Positions 27,040-36,727 of a DNA stretch of 64,000 bases are shown one piece after another. The stretch lies in the IMG/VR virus record IMGVR_UViG_3300031998_000003, positions 184,670 through 248,669 of that record; one strand, 5' to 3'. The stretch is from a virus. Its lineage: Duplodnaviria; Caudoviricetes. Below the pieces are notes generated by a model. It was not told where the DNA came from and made no database searches. It saw only the letters and a program-made list of their open reading frames with translations. Numbering within the stretch: position 1 is the stretch's first letter; the number at the start of each line of letters is the position of its first letter. Made by a program: the position numbers and the translations under genes.

Positions 27040-30000
27040 AGATTGCGTTGAGCACGATACTTGCGTCATCCAGGACAAACATTTCAGGAACATATCGTTC
27101 AAGCTCTTTTGTTGGGAAGTCTTCGATGGTATCCCACATTTGAACAATACACTGATAATCAGCATTCATGTAGTTTCCATGCGGGTCTCCCTTTTCGTCA
27201 GTGTACCATCCTTTGAACTTCAGATATGCAACGTTTGGATGTGACTCCAATTGCTGAATCAGTTGAGAGATGTAGATATTGTTATCCATCGAAATCATAT
27301 CAACCGGTGTATGAATTGAAGTCAAACGGTTAAAGTACGACTTAATGATATTTCTGATTTCCTTGAATGTGATTGTTTCCATAGCAGGATTAAACAGATG
27401 AACATCGAACTCAAGCTGTACATCCAACGATGGCCAGAATAATTCATTCGTATCCGCAGTTTCTGTATCTGTACGAGATTCATAGATCTTTTTACTCACA
27501 TCAGATGCATACGAGTGAGGATATCCGTATGTCGCAATTAGTTTGCAATCCAGATAGTTGTTACCCTCAAGACGTTTGAAGATAACCGGCTCAATCGCTT
27601 TGTGAATCTGTGTGAATGAGGCAACAAACTCATCGAACTTTTCAGAATTCATCAGAGTATGCTGGACGAATGGGACCAACTGAATTTCAATTGCTGAATC
27701 AACCGATGTACCAGCATATGCTTCGGATATCATCGTCGGATAATTTCCAATCTCCCAAGCGAGTTCAGACCATTCACCTTCAGTCAGATCAGTTGTTGTG
27801 AACACACTCTTCAGTTTCACAAGCAGTAATTCCAGTTTGATATAATGCTCTTGATTTTGAACAGGTGGAATACTTGTTTCAACACTAACATCAGACTGAT
27901 TGATGGATACTTTCAGACCAGTTCCATCACTACCTGAAATACGTTCGGTCATAAGTTGTGTGGTATCACTACCGCCCATCATTTCAGACCAATCATAATC
28001 TTCATAATCGACAGTGATTGCAGCTGTTCCAGTATCCCATTCAATATTGTCACCAACATTTGTCAAAGGTGTGATACTCCATACTGGTCCAGTTTTATCA
28101 TCAGATGCACTGTTATATCCATCAACGATAAATGCACCTTTTGATGTAGCACCATTGGCAAATATAATGCGTACAATATCACGGCTGTATCCTGTACCAC
28201 CGGCTTCGATATTCACTTTTCCGATCTTATACTTAATATTGTATGTACGACGAATGTCATCCAATTTGTTCAACATATCGCCAGCAATCTTTTGTATTCT
28301 CGGGAAGTCTGATGTGCTGGAATGATTCAACGCATATGCCTGAATGTCAACCAAATTTTCAGCATCATTATCACTGCTGCACAGTTCCATGAATGCATTA
28401 TAAGAATCGATTTCGTTTTGAGACGGAACATGATTCTCACCAAACTTCACGACACTTCGCATTTCTTTGAGTTCCTGCAGCAGCGACATATTGTCGACCT
28501 TCCATCGATCCATCAATCGATATCCAGTATAGTCAGTGTTATCAAGGAATTCAGTTGGATGTAACGGATCGCTTGATTCAAACAATATGGATATTTGAAT
28601 CTCTGGATTGATTGCATTGATAACGATCTCACCGTTGTATGATGTGGGATGCCATGCACCACCGCCGTGATCAACAGATGCAATTTGAATACGATTGTCA
28701 GATCCTATAAGCTTATTCAACGGATTTAGAATCGCCTCGAATTCAACACTTCCGTCAGAATCAACATTCTTCGGAATCATCTCCAACCAGCCATTTGTAT
28801 TTCCATTGATACGAGTCTCCAACATAACACGCATCTTGTTCTGATTCAGTGGAATCTGTGTGTTTACCATCGTGAACATTGGGATGTCAGGTGTGCTCGC
28901 AAATGTCGAGAATGGAACACGTGTATACAAGACGGATGCCTCACTTGGAACAGGTTTCATCTGCGCATACAATATGATTCCAGGTTCTTCATCTGATGCA
29001 ATCGTATTGGTCAGATCGAATACCATCACACCCGTCTGAGGATCTTCAAAAGGTGTAATGGGAATATCAACATACATTGCGTTATCGATCGTTACAATAA
29101 CACCGTCGGGATGGCCAGCATCAACCAGCGTAAAGCTGACGCTTCTGTTTTGAATACCGATTCGGTACAAGTCTTGTTCATTGAATGTCTGATACTTTTC
29201 TTTGGTGACATAGTTTGCGTCAACTTTGATTGCCGTTACATAACCATTTTGAGATGTTTTCAGACGAAGATCATAATGTTGTGAATGTTCAGCTTGTTCA
29301 AATACATATGGGTCTGTTCCCGCACCATTGACGCTAATACCACTGATTGTGATAGTAGTGTCATCACGTTGGTAGACTTTATTACCATCTTGCATACAGA
29401 CACCATTGTCACCCCACAATTCAGCCGAACCGATATATTTATCGTATCCCTGAATGCGCATTGCGGTCAGCTTCTTTGCATTAGTAACAGGATCAACTTC
29501 CTCGATCCAGAAATCTGACAGAATGATTTTATTTGGATCATTTGTATCAACGACTCTGTCACGGACGCACATATATGTGTTCTCTGGATCGAACAAAATG
29601 TATTTATCCTTTGGATTCTGAACAAGAACCGGAACATTGACTTCATATAACTCAGAAGGACGTTCGAAGTAATTCCACAGTTCTTGATTGAACTGCGGTG
29701 TACTGATCATGGTCTTCGTGACTGTAACAAATTTCTCTCCATTGATAGTTCCGCCTGTTGATGGTGACACAACAATCTTCAGTCTGTAGTAGTCTTCCAT
29801 GAAGTTTCTTGTTACTTGGACGAGTGTTGGTGTTGCGTGATAGATTAGCGCCGTATCATCTTCATCTTGGACATATTCATGATTGGTTGGGACATTTGTT
29901 GCAGTTACAACAGAATTGATCCATGGATTGAAATATCCAATCGCAAATGGATCTTTCTGAATACGGATCCCAAATGGATTCGCAAAGATGAATTTAGATC

Positions 30001-31468
30001 CGATTGCGAATGATGTCTTAGCTGTTTCGAATTTACCATTCGATCCAAGCAGTGGCTCAACAGTATACTTTCTAGCGTCGCCGCTTGTATACAACCACAC
30101 AAGTCCTGGTGGAATGATAATTTCATTGGTGGCATACATGTCACCTTTTCCGTCATCATTCATGTAGAGATACTGATACGGAATCTTTGCATGTAGCGTA
30201 TTCGTACGGAACACGTTGTCCTCAGCATCTTTCAATGCGATGTATCCACTCCAGATGCGACCCCATGGATCATCACGGCGTTTGAAGAAGAACGGATATA
30301 GTACATTCTTAAAGTGGAATGTGTTGAACCATTCTTCTATATCATGATCCGATGAGATCACATTTGCAGTATTATATGCCTCAATAGTTTCACGACGCGT
30401 TGTTTCAATCGTGCCAATATTTGTACCCGCTTTACTTGCCGAAATAACAAACACAGCTTTCATGACATTTCCATTGTTTGAATACTTGCTCGATGATGTG
30501 ATAACACCCGGTTGTTCATCAGTCTTAAATGATGAGAAGTTTGCTGCTTCACCGTGGCATGTGTATACAGTGATCTCATATGATGAATTCAACTTCGGTA
30601 CAAAGTAACGGGTACCGTTCAGCTGGAACATGAATCGGATTGTCTTTGGTGAATCCATGATATAATGAACATATGGTTTCTGATCATTAACATCCGAATG
30701 AATTGGGAGAATGTGATCATGTGGGATGTATTCTTCTTTACCAGATCCATCAATATACTTGATGTCAAATCCAGCAATATGATTTGTACATGTGATCAAA
30801 GCATCCTCGTTTGGAATTCCGTTCGTCATGTTGTTCACGACGACATGTGTCTCGCGTTCATACTCTGACGCTTTGACGAATAGACACAACCATGTTTCAG
30901 ATACACGATACAAGATGTATGGATCTTTGTTTACAGCAACAGAATTCATCTGATCCATATTGATGTATTGCACATTCCACGCCGGAGCGGACGATTGAAT
31001 GGTTGCTGTTGCCTCACTCTTGTACTGAATTAGAATGTCATAGTCCAATGAGTACACACTGCCGTTGGATAGATTGAACTTCGTGTTCTTGTCAAGAATG
31101 AACTCATACAATCCATTGTCAGAATTGAATGTTGCATTCGCCATCAAATCTTTGATGCGGAGTTCCAACATGAAATTGCAGCATGACGGAGTTGCATATG
31201 AATAACCGATATTGAAGATTGCTGCCTCTGAGTAAATGGAATCAGCCAACATCGCTTTCGTAATGAATGATTCATTATGATAGAATGACGCAGTAAATGC
31301 CATGTTCTCAATTGCTTGTGACATATACTCATTAATGATCGAGAACGAGCCTGTATTCAGAATATTCAATGGAATATCTTTGAACACACGTGGCATCAAT
31401 ACGTCTGAAATGTATCGTTTGATTTGAGCATCATCCGAATAGTTATTCAGCGTAACTGTATCAGCCAT
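27038..31468 (-). CDS. Baseplate wedge protein
   Basis: NESFITKAMLADSIYSEAA, LDYDILI, VYTCHGEAANF, FFKRRDD, NIYISQLIQQLE, YLKFKG, VPEM motifs of jumbo-phage wedge proteins; start refined to ATG 31468 after AAGGAGG. Confidence 0.8.
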   Translation of the reverse strand: MADTVTLNNYSDDAQIKRYISDVLMPRVFKDIPLNILNTGSFSIINEYMSQAIENMAFTASFYHNESFITKAMLADSIYSEAAIFNIGYSYATPSCCNFMLELRIKDLMANATFNSDNGLYEFILDKNTKFNLSNGSVYSLDYDILIQYKSEATATIQSSAPAWNVQYINMDQMNSVAVNKDPYILYRVSETWLCLFVKASEYERETHVVVNNMTNGIPNEDALITCTNHIAGFDIKYIDGSGKEEYIPHDHILPIHSDVNDQKPYVHYIMDSPKTIRFMFQLNGTRYFVPKLNSSYEITVYTCHGEAANFSSFKTDEQPGVITSSSKYSNNGNVMKAVFVISASKAGTNIGTIETTRRETIEAYNTANVISSDHDIEEWFNTFHFKNVLYPFFFKRRDDPWGRIWSGYIALKDAEDNVFRTNTLHAKIPYQYLYMNDDGKGDMYATNEIIIPPGLVWLYTSGDARKYTVEPLLGSNGKFETAKTSFAIGSKFIFANPFGIRIQKDPFAIGYFNPWINSVVTATNVPTNHEYVQDEDDTALIYHATPTLVQVTRNFMEDYYRLKIVVSPSTGGTINGEKFVTVTKTMISTPQFNQELWNYFERPSELYEVNVPVLVQNPKDKYILFDPENTYMCVRDRVVDTNDPNKIILSDFWIEEVDPVTNAKKLTAMRIQGYDKYIGSAELWGDNGVCMQDGNKVYQRDDTTITISGISVNGAGTDPYVFEQAEHSQHYDLRLKTSQNGYVTAIKVDANYVTKEKYQTFNEQDLYRIGIQNRSVSFTLVDAGHPDGVIVTIDNAMYVDIPITPFEDPQTGVMVFDLTNTIASDEEPGIILYAQMKPVPSEASVLYTRVPFSTFASTPDIPMFTMVNTQIPLNQNKMRVMLETRINGNTNGWLEMIPKNVDSDGSVEFEAILNPLNKLIGSDNRIQIASVDHGGGAWHPTSYNGEIVINAINPEIQISILFESSDPLHPTEFLDNTDYTGYRLMDRWKVDNMSLLQELKEMRSVVKFGENHVPSQNEIDSYNAFMELCSSDNDAENLVDIQAYALNHSSTSDFPRIQKIAGDMLNKLDDIRRTYNIKYKIGKVNIEAGGTGYSRDIVRIIFANGATSKGAFIVDGYNSASDDKTGPVWSITPLTNVGDNIEWDTGTAAITVDYEDYDWSEMMGGSDTTQLMTERISGSDGTGLKVSINQSDVSVETSIPPVQNQEHYIKLELLLVKLKSVFTTTDLTEGEWSELAWEIGNYPTMISEAYAGTSVDSAIEIQLVPFVQHTLMNSEKFDEFVASFTQIHKAIEPVIFKRLEGNNYLDCKLIATYGYPHSYASDVSKKIYESRTDTETADTNELFWPSLDVQLEFDVHLFNPAMETITFKEIRNIIKSYFNRLTSIHTPVDMISMDNNIYISQLIQQLESHPNVAYLKFKGWYTDEKGDPHGNYMNADYQCIVQMWDTIEDFPTKELERYVPEMFVLDDASIVLNAI

Positions 31469-31555
31469 TAGAAACCCTCCTTGGTTGTTTTGTTTGTGGG
31501 TTCGAAAACCCAAATGTAATGTTTAACACCTAACAATATGGTGTTCGAACAACAT

Positions 31556-31573
31556 TACATCAACGTTTTGATG
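31556..31573. promoter_or_regulatory. Overlapping divergent late promoters sharing an AACGTT core
   Basis: Minus AACG TTGATG TA (31567-31556); plus AACG TTTTGA TG (31562-31573); a further plus-strand AACA ATATGG TG at 31532-31543. Confidence 0.55.
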
Positions 31574-31621
31574 TAATCCTATACTATTATACATGAAATC
31601 TATATGAAAGGAGTTTCGAAC

Positions 31622-34600
31622 ATGAGTATGGATAAAGTCCAGTTGAAACAGGAAGAACTGTTAGACGGTCAAGTTGTGCTCTCTGACATTAATCCTGTTA
31701 CAAACACGAAATCCATCGAAGACTCTGCGAACGGGTTACCCATGACAGAGACAATCTCGAGAATGTGGTCAGCGATCAATAACAAACTTTCTCGACATGT
31801 TAACTCTGTGAATGGTCGAACCGGTGTCGTCGTTCTGACTTCGGAAGACGTTGGTCTTGGAAATGTTGACAACGTATCATATGAAGAGATCAAACAATGG
31901 GTTCTCGATACGTTCGATGAGTTGTTCGGAGAAGGTCATTTTCGACTGTATGCATCTATCACGGAGGCGAAGGTTGATGCAGCTGCACATGGGAAAGAAT
32001 ACAACAATGTTCCGTTCTATGCAAAGTCTGGTGAACCGATCACCAAAGATATTGATGGTGTTACTCAGTTAATCCAGGATTATCGTGCATATATCGGTTA
32101 TTTCGTGTGGAATGCTTCGACCGGTCATGTTGATATCGGAGATATGAAGGCAATCAACGTTGTCGGTTGGTCGGATAATTCTATTGTCTATGTGAAAGAC
32201 GAAGATGAAACATTCCGTGGTAACACGACAACTCTTCCAATTGGTGGTATCGGCGTAAACATCCATGTGCAAGAAGATGCTTTGTTCGTTCGTAATCCAG
32301 ATGGAATCAAGAGTGAATCCGGTTTGGCCATCGATAAATCTAAAGTCGTTCCGAGAGTCTATTATTTCAGTCAAATATACAGAGGACATGATACAACATA
32401 CACGAATCCAGAGCATCCGGATAATGTGTATATTAATAGCGCACATAATGGATTTCTGTGGGACGAGGGTCAAGGTGCTTCGTACAAAGGTCCTGAAATA
32501 TCTATTATGATCGACGGTGTGACTGCCAGCGGTACACATTATCTTCAATTAGATTCAGCATATCATGTTGCCGACTACCGCGTTGGTGACCTGATTATAT
32601 GTAATTTCAATGGTGAATTCAGTGATCGTGGTACTGAATCAGATGTGCGGTTAGTACCGGAACAAAGCGACAAACAATTTGTGTTCAGAAACACGAGCAT
32701 TGGTGTTATCACATCAGCGCCGTCACTCGATCATCCAGACGATCCATACAGCGTGTCCTTCAACGCAATTTTACCACGTGTTGGTTATGGATTGCGTTTG
32801 ATCGATACACACCAAGACGATGTTGTGCAAGATAAAGAAATTGCGTTGTATATCGCCAACAGTGGTAATTCAACTCCTGTGTTTAACGCAACTCCGTTCA
32901 ATACTCGAAAAGACATGAATACTGAACAGAATCCATCTGGAGTAAAAGACCCACTCAGTATTAGCTGGGGTCCACATATCACTGTTCCATGGGATTTTGA
33001 CGAAGGTGGAAGCTCAGGCAGACGAGTGACGATAAAAGGTGGTCTGCTCATGGAAATGGACAGAACATTGTGTATTATGCCAATGAATATGGTCCGCGCC
33101 GGCAACCGAGCCACCGATGACGACGGTCCAATGGGTGCTGAATACACTTTCATGTTTGATGGTGACCCAGGCGAACGCACGACACGTCCGTACGGATCCC
33201 GTATTGCTGGAAACTGGCATCACCCTTATATCTATCATGATGATGATGATCCCACCGAAGCTTACAGTAATAACAAAACATTGCTCAGTGTGAATTTAAC
33301 AAAAATCATACGAGAAGATACAGTCACATCACACGGTTCATATCGTTCGTTCTATAATATGTCAGGTCTTCGCGTTGACTGGGGTACTGATGTTGCATAT
33401 AATGGTGGAGATGAAACGCACAACAATACAATTGTTGAAGGTTTACACAATATCACCAATGCATTTAGTACAGAAAATGGACGAAATTATTTCGGTTTGG
33501 TTGACGGATATGATAGTGCTGGAAGTCCATATAAAACTTTAGTACCAGATTTTCTGGGTAAAGAGAATGGTACTAATTATATGAGATTCAGTGGTGGTAT
33601 ATCTGTAAATATCGGTCGATTTTTGGAGATAAGGCCTGCAGTCACATATAACTCACAAGAATATTACGACTGCGGTAAAGTTCAACTTCGTGCTGGTCAT
33701 GGTACTGAGGAGACAACGTGGTATCGAATCATGCTAAGACCCGGCGATAGATGGAATGTCAACATATTTATTGATAGACCTTACACCGATTGGAGCAGTT
33801 TTATGAAGATTTGGGATGCTGATCCTGAAAATACTGATCCAGATTATCAATTCTTCTGTGTTCCAAAATTCGTTGCGAATTTCCTTCTCCAACCCGGTAC
33901 CAAACACCCAATTGGCTACGATGACTGGTTGTGTGACGAGGAACCTTTCCTCAGAAACAATATCATCGATGTTCCGACAGTATCGGAATTCGAACTTATC
34001 GAAGACAGTTATTTCCCATTGACAGATGAGGAACCACCAGTGAACTGGTTCGCTGGTACATACACTTCATATTTTGCGAAAGATGCGTCGACTGACACAT
34101 TCTCTCGTATTGAAGGTATACCGGATCCAAGATACACTCCAAGTGGATTGAGAGGTCCGGATTATCACGCAAATAAATATTACAGATTCGCCCCACCTGA
34201 ATGGCCAGTATCTATTCCAGTTAGTTCATCTGATGAGAGCTTCGATGCCTACAACGTTACATTCCCGGATGATACGACACAGTCTCCGTTTGATGTTGTT
34301 GTTACTGCAAAATACGCTGGTGGCACAAGAGAATATCATGAGATATTCTTCACGAAACAAGGTGACAAATATGTTCCAGTCAATTTCACAGTAACAGATG
34401 TAATTGATGAATATCCGACTCCTGACAGACAATTCTCTGGTTATGTGTGGCATAAAACATCACCGGAATTTCAACCTGGAACATTCTATCGGCTGAAACG
34501 GAAGCGTGTTGATCCAGAGATTCTTGCCGCAGACTACGCAATTGTATGGAAACAGCCGACAAACCGTCTCGGATTTAAACCAGACCGTGAAACGCTTAAG

Positions 34601-36703
34601 ATCAACCCGGATGGATCGGTTGGTGTTCTAACTGCTGTGACGCAATACAAAAAGGGATCTGTATATCACAAGAATCAGATGGTTGAATCTGGTGGTAAGG
34701 TCTATATCTGTATCAAGGACTATTTGTCGTCAACATATGACAAAAATGTTCATGACACTGTCATTGCGGAAAACATGCCATCCATGTACACAGATACACC
34801 GACATATGTATCACCCGACATGTATGGTGCGACAGATGATATCTATTATGCGGAGTCAGTTCAAAGGGATATGGAGCTTGGTTATCTGAGCAACAGATTC
34901 TCAATGGAAGCTGTTGTAGAATGGGAAGCGGGTCAATCATATGCATATGGACAACTGGTTCAATACATGGGTTACCTGTATCTTGTCATCAAGAGCTACG
35001 GTGATTACAAGTCAATCTCGATCGAAGATGACATCGATAACGGCTATCTGAGCGATGCGTTCAATACTGGTAAACGTAAGATCATGTATTTCCGTGATGT
35101 ACGTGGAAGAACGTTTGAATTTGACCCAATGGGTACAATCAAACAGCGCAACAACGAAGAGAAGTATGCGAATGATCCTGCAAAACTGAAACGCATTCGC
35201 GAATACGAATACGTGAAGCTTGGCCCTGGTCTACGTATCACCGGTGGTTCACTCCCGCCCGAGGTTGAATGCAATAGAACAGAACTTAGAGCTTCGCTTC
35301 TTGAAGAAGTTGAACGTATTTCCGTTGCAGAAGAAATCATGTATGCTCGGACACTGGATCCAACATTCGGCTGCTCCTCCAAGTTTGAATATCAAGATAA
35401 TGCTGTGATGAATGCTGATCCATTTGTACCTGGTCAACAATATCATCTCGGAAAACTGCTGAGATTCGGTTCATATGTTTATATGTGTATCAAGAACTAT
35501 GATGCGGATCCTGACAATCAGTATTATGCATCAGATTCGGCGGTTACTGACATGGAAAATGGTTATCTGACAACATATGACAAGATCTATGATAATGCCG
35601 GAACAATTGAAGGACTCACTTCAATTGAAGATGTTATTAACATGGATGAATCGTTCCTTGCAACAATCGAAACCGTTGGTGAGAATGTTGATGAAGCTAT
35701 TATCAAGAATACTATTTTGAGCAAAGATAGTACCTTGGTTGAGCTCCGTACTTTCAAGGCAACACTCGATACAATTCGGATGCAACTTGAAGATCCAAAT
35801 GTATTCTTCCCGATGAACAAAGAATTCTTGTTGGATGACTGGAGAACTCTGCAAAATCGTGTTCGTGCGATGGTTCTCACAGCAAACAACAAAAAAGATT
35901 CGACAGAGTTGTATCAAGAGCTGGTCCAGAAATGGTTTGGTAATGGTTCAACTGTTCAGCCAACATTCAAAGCAATTCAAGCTGCAACCAGTGACTTCAT
36001 CAAGGTCGAGATTCGTACGCTCGAGTGGTTGTTTACCACATGGGCTACGAAAGTCAGAAACTCTTCCGAACTTGCTGCTACATTCATCGACGATCAGAAC
36101 AACAATAAGTGTGACTATTGTGCATGTGGTGATTCCGATGTTATCTGCAACCACGAGTGTGCACACTGCACTAAGAATCCTGAGAACAATGAAAACGCTT
36201 ACTGGGCATATGTCCAAGTTGACGTTGGTGATACACATGACGCTGTTGTTTACGATAGCCTCAACACTGAGACACATCGTGAACTCTTCAGAATTCCATA
36301 TGGTACTCGTACAGTCTGTATTCCACTCAATGCTTCTGCTGACTGGGTTAAGGTTGCACTCAACGGACAGGTTGGATATGCTCTCAAGTCTAGCTTCAAA
36401 TTGGCTCAAGTGTTTAGTCAGGTTCCTGAGACAGTCATCACAGCATCTGTCAATATCTTTGACACATATGACGCAACAGGCCGTGGTATCACGCTTTATA
36501 ATGACAACATGACTGTATCTGATGAGACAAAGATTGGTGTATTCCATACCTATGTGACAAACATCCCGAGAAGCACGGTACAACCTGATGAACGTGGATG
36601 GGAGATTCTGAATAGCGATTGGACGCAGATCACTCTCATGAATGATGACGGTAATGGATATACAACTGGCTACGTTGAGACAGCTAGAATGATTTTCACG
36701 TAA
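31622..36703 (+). CDS. Long tail fibre protein with CBM-like repeats, Cys cluster and C-terminal SH3b-like domains
   Basis: VNSVNGRTGVVVLTSEDVGLGNVDN fibre motif; three (Y/W/F)xxGxxY modules; WVKVALNGQVGY and WTQI...TGYV SH3b-like motifs; start ATG 31622 after GAAAGGAG. Confidence 0.8.
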   Translation: MSMDKVQLKQEELLDGQVVLSDINPVTNTKSIEDSANGLPMTETISRMWSAINNKLSRHVNSVNGRTGVVVLTSEDVGLGNVDNVSYEEIKQWVLDTFDELFGEGHFRLYASITEAKVDAAAHGKEYNNVPFYAKSGEPITKDIDGVTQLIQDYRAYIGYFVWNASTGHVDIGDMKAINVVGWSDNSIVYVKDEDETFRGNTTTLPIGGIGVNIHVQEDALFVRNPDGIKSESGLAIDKSKVVPRVYYFSQIYRGHDTTYTNPEHPDNVYINSAHNGFLWDEGQGASYKGPEISIMIDGVTASGTHYLQLDSAYHVADYRVGDLIICNFNGEFSDRGTESDVRLVPEQSDKQFVFRNTSIGVITSAPSLDHPDDPYSVSFNAILPRVGYGLRLIDTHQDDVVQDKEIALYIANSGNSTPVFNATPFNTRKDMNTEQNPSGVKDPLSISWGPHITVPWDFDEGGSSGRRVTIKGGLLMEMDRTLCIMPMNMVRAGNRATDDDGPMGAEYTFMFDGDPGERTTRPYGSRIAGNWHHPYIYHDDDDPTEAYSNNKTLLSVNLTKIIREDTVTSHGSYRSFYNMSGLRVDWGTDVAYNGGDETHNNTIVEGLHNITNAFSTENGRNYFGLVDGYDSAGSPYKTLVPDFLGKENGTNYMRFSGGISVNIGRFLEIRPAVTYNSQEYYDCGKVQLRAGHGTEETTWYRIMLRPGDRWNVNIFIDRPYTDWSSFMKIWDADPENTDPDYQFFCVPKFVANFLLQPGTKHPIGYDDWLCDEEPFLRNNIIDVPTVSEFELIEDSYFPLTDEEPPVNWFAGTYTSYFAKDASTDTFSRIEGIPDPRYTPSGLRGPDYHANKYYRFAPPEWPVSIPVSSSDESFDAYNVTFPDDTTQSPFDVVVTAKYAGGTREYHEIFFTKQGDKYVPVNFTVTDVIDEYPTPDRQFSGYVWHKTSPEFQPGTFYRLKRKRVDPEILAADYAIVWKQPTNRLGFKPDRETLKINPDGSVGVLTAVTQYKKGSVYHKNQMVESGGKVYICIKDYLSSTYDKNVHDTVIAENMPSMYTDTPTYVSPDMYGATDDIYYAESVQRDMELGYLSNRFSMEAVVEWEAGQSYAYGQLVQYMGYLYLVIKSYGDYKSISIEDDIDNGYLSDAFNTGKRKIMYFRDVRGRTFEFDPMGTIKQRNNEEKYANDPAKLKRIREYEYVKLGPGLRITGGSLPPEVECNRTELRASLLEEVERISVAEEIMYARTLDPTFGCSSKFEYQDNAVMNADPFVPGQQYHLGKLLRFGSYVYMCIKNYDADPDNQYYASDSAVTDMENGYLTTYDKIYDNAGTIEGLTSIEDVINMDESFLATIETVGENVDEAIIKNTILSKDSTLVELRTFKATLDTIRMQLEDPNVFFPMNKEFLLDDWRTLQNRVRAMVLTANNKKDSTELYQELVQKWFGNGSTVQPTFKAIQAATSDFIKVEIRTLEWLFTTWATKVRNSSELAATFIDDQNNNKCDYCACGDSDVICNHECAHCTKNPENNENAYWAYVQVDVGDTHDAVVYDSLNTETHRELFRIPYGTRTVCIPLNASADWVKVALNGQVGYALKSSFKLAQVFSQVPETVITASVNIFDTYDATGRGITLYNDNMTVSDETKIGVFHTYVTNIPRSTVQPDERGWEILNSDWTQITLMNDDGNGYTTGYVETARMIFT

Positions 36704-36727
36704 TGAGTTTAGGAGGGACATTGTAAC

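Noticed and set aside
26834-27244. ORFs 26834-27244 (+) and 26851-27165 (-) over the ncRNA region
   Set aside because: No RBS; they cross T tracts and the terminator and overlap the wedge gene; RNA structure explains the region better
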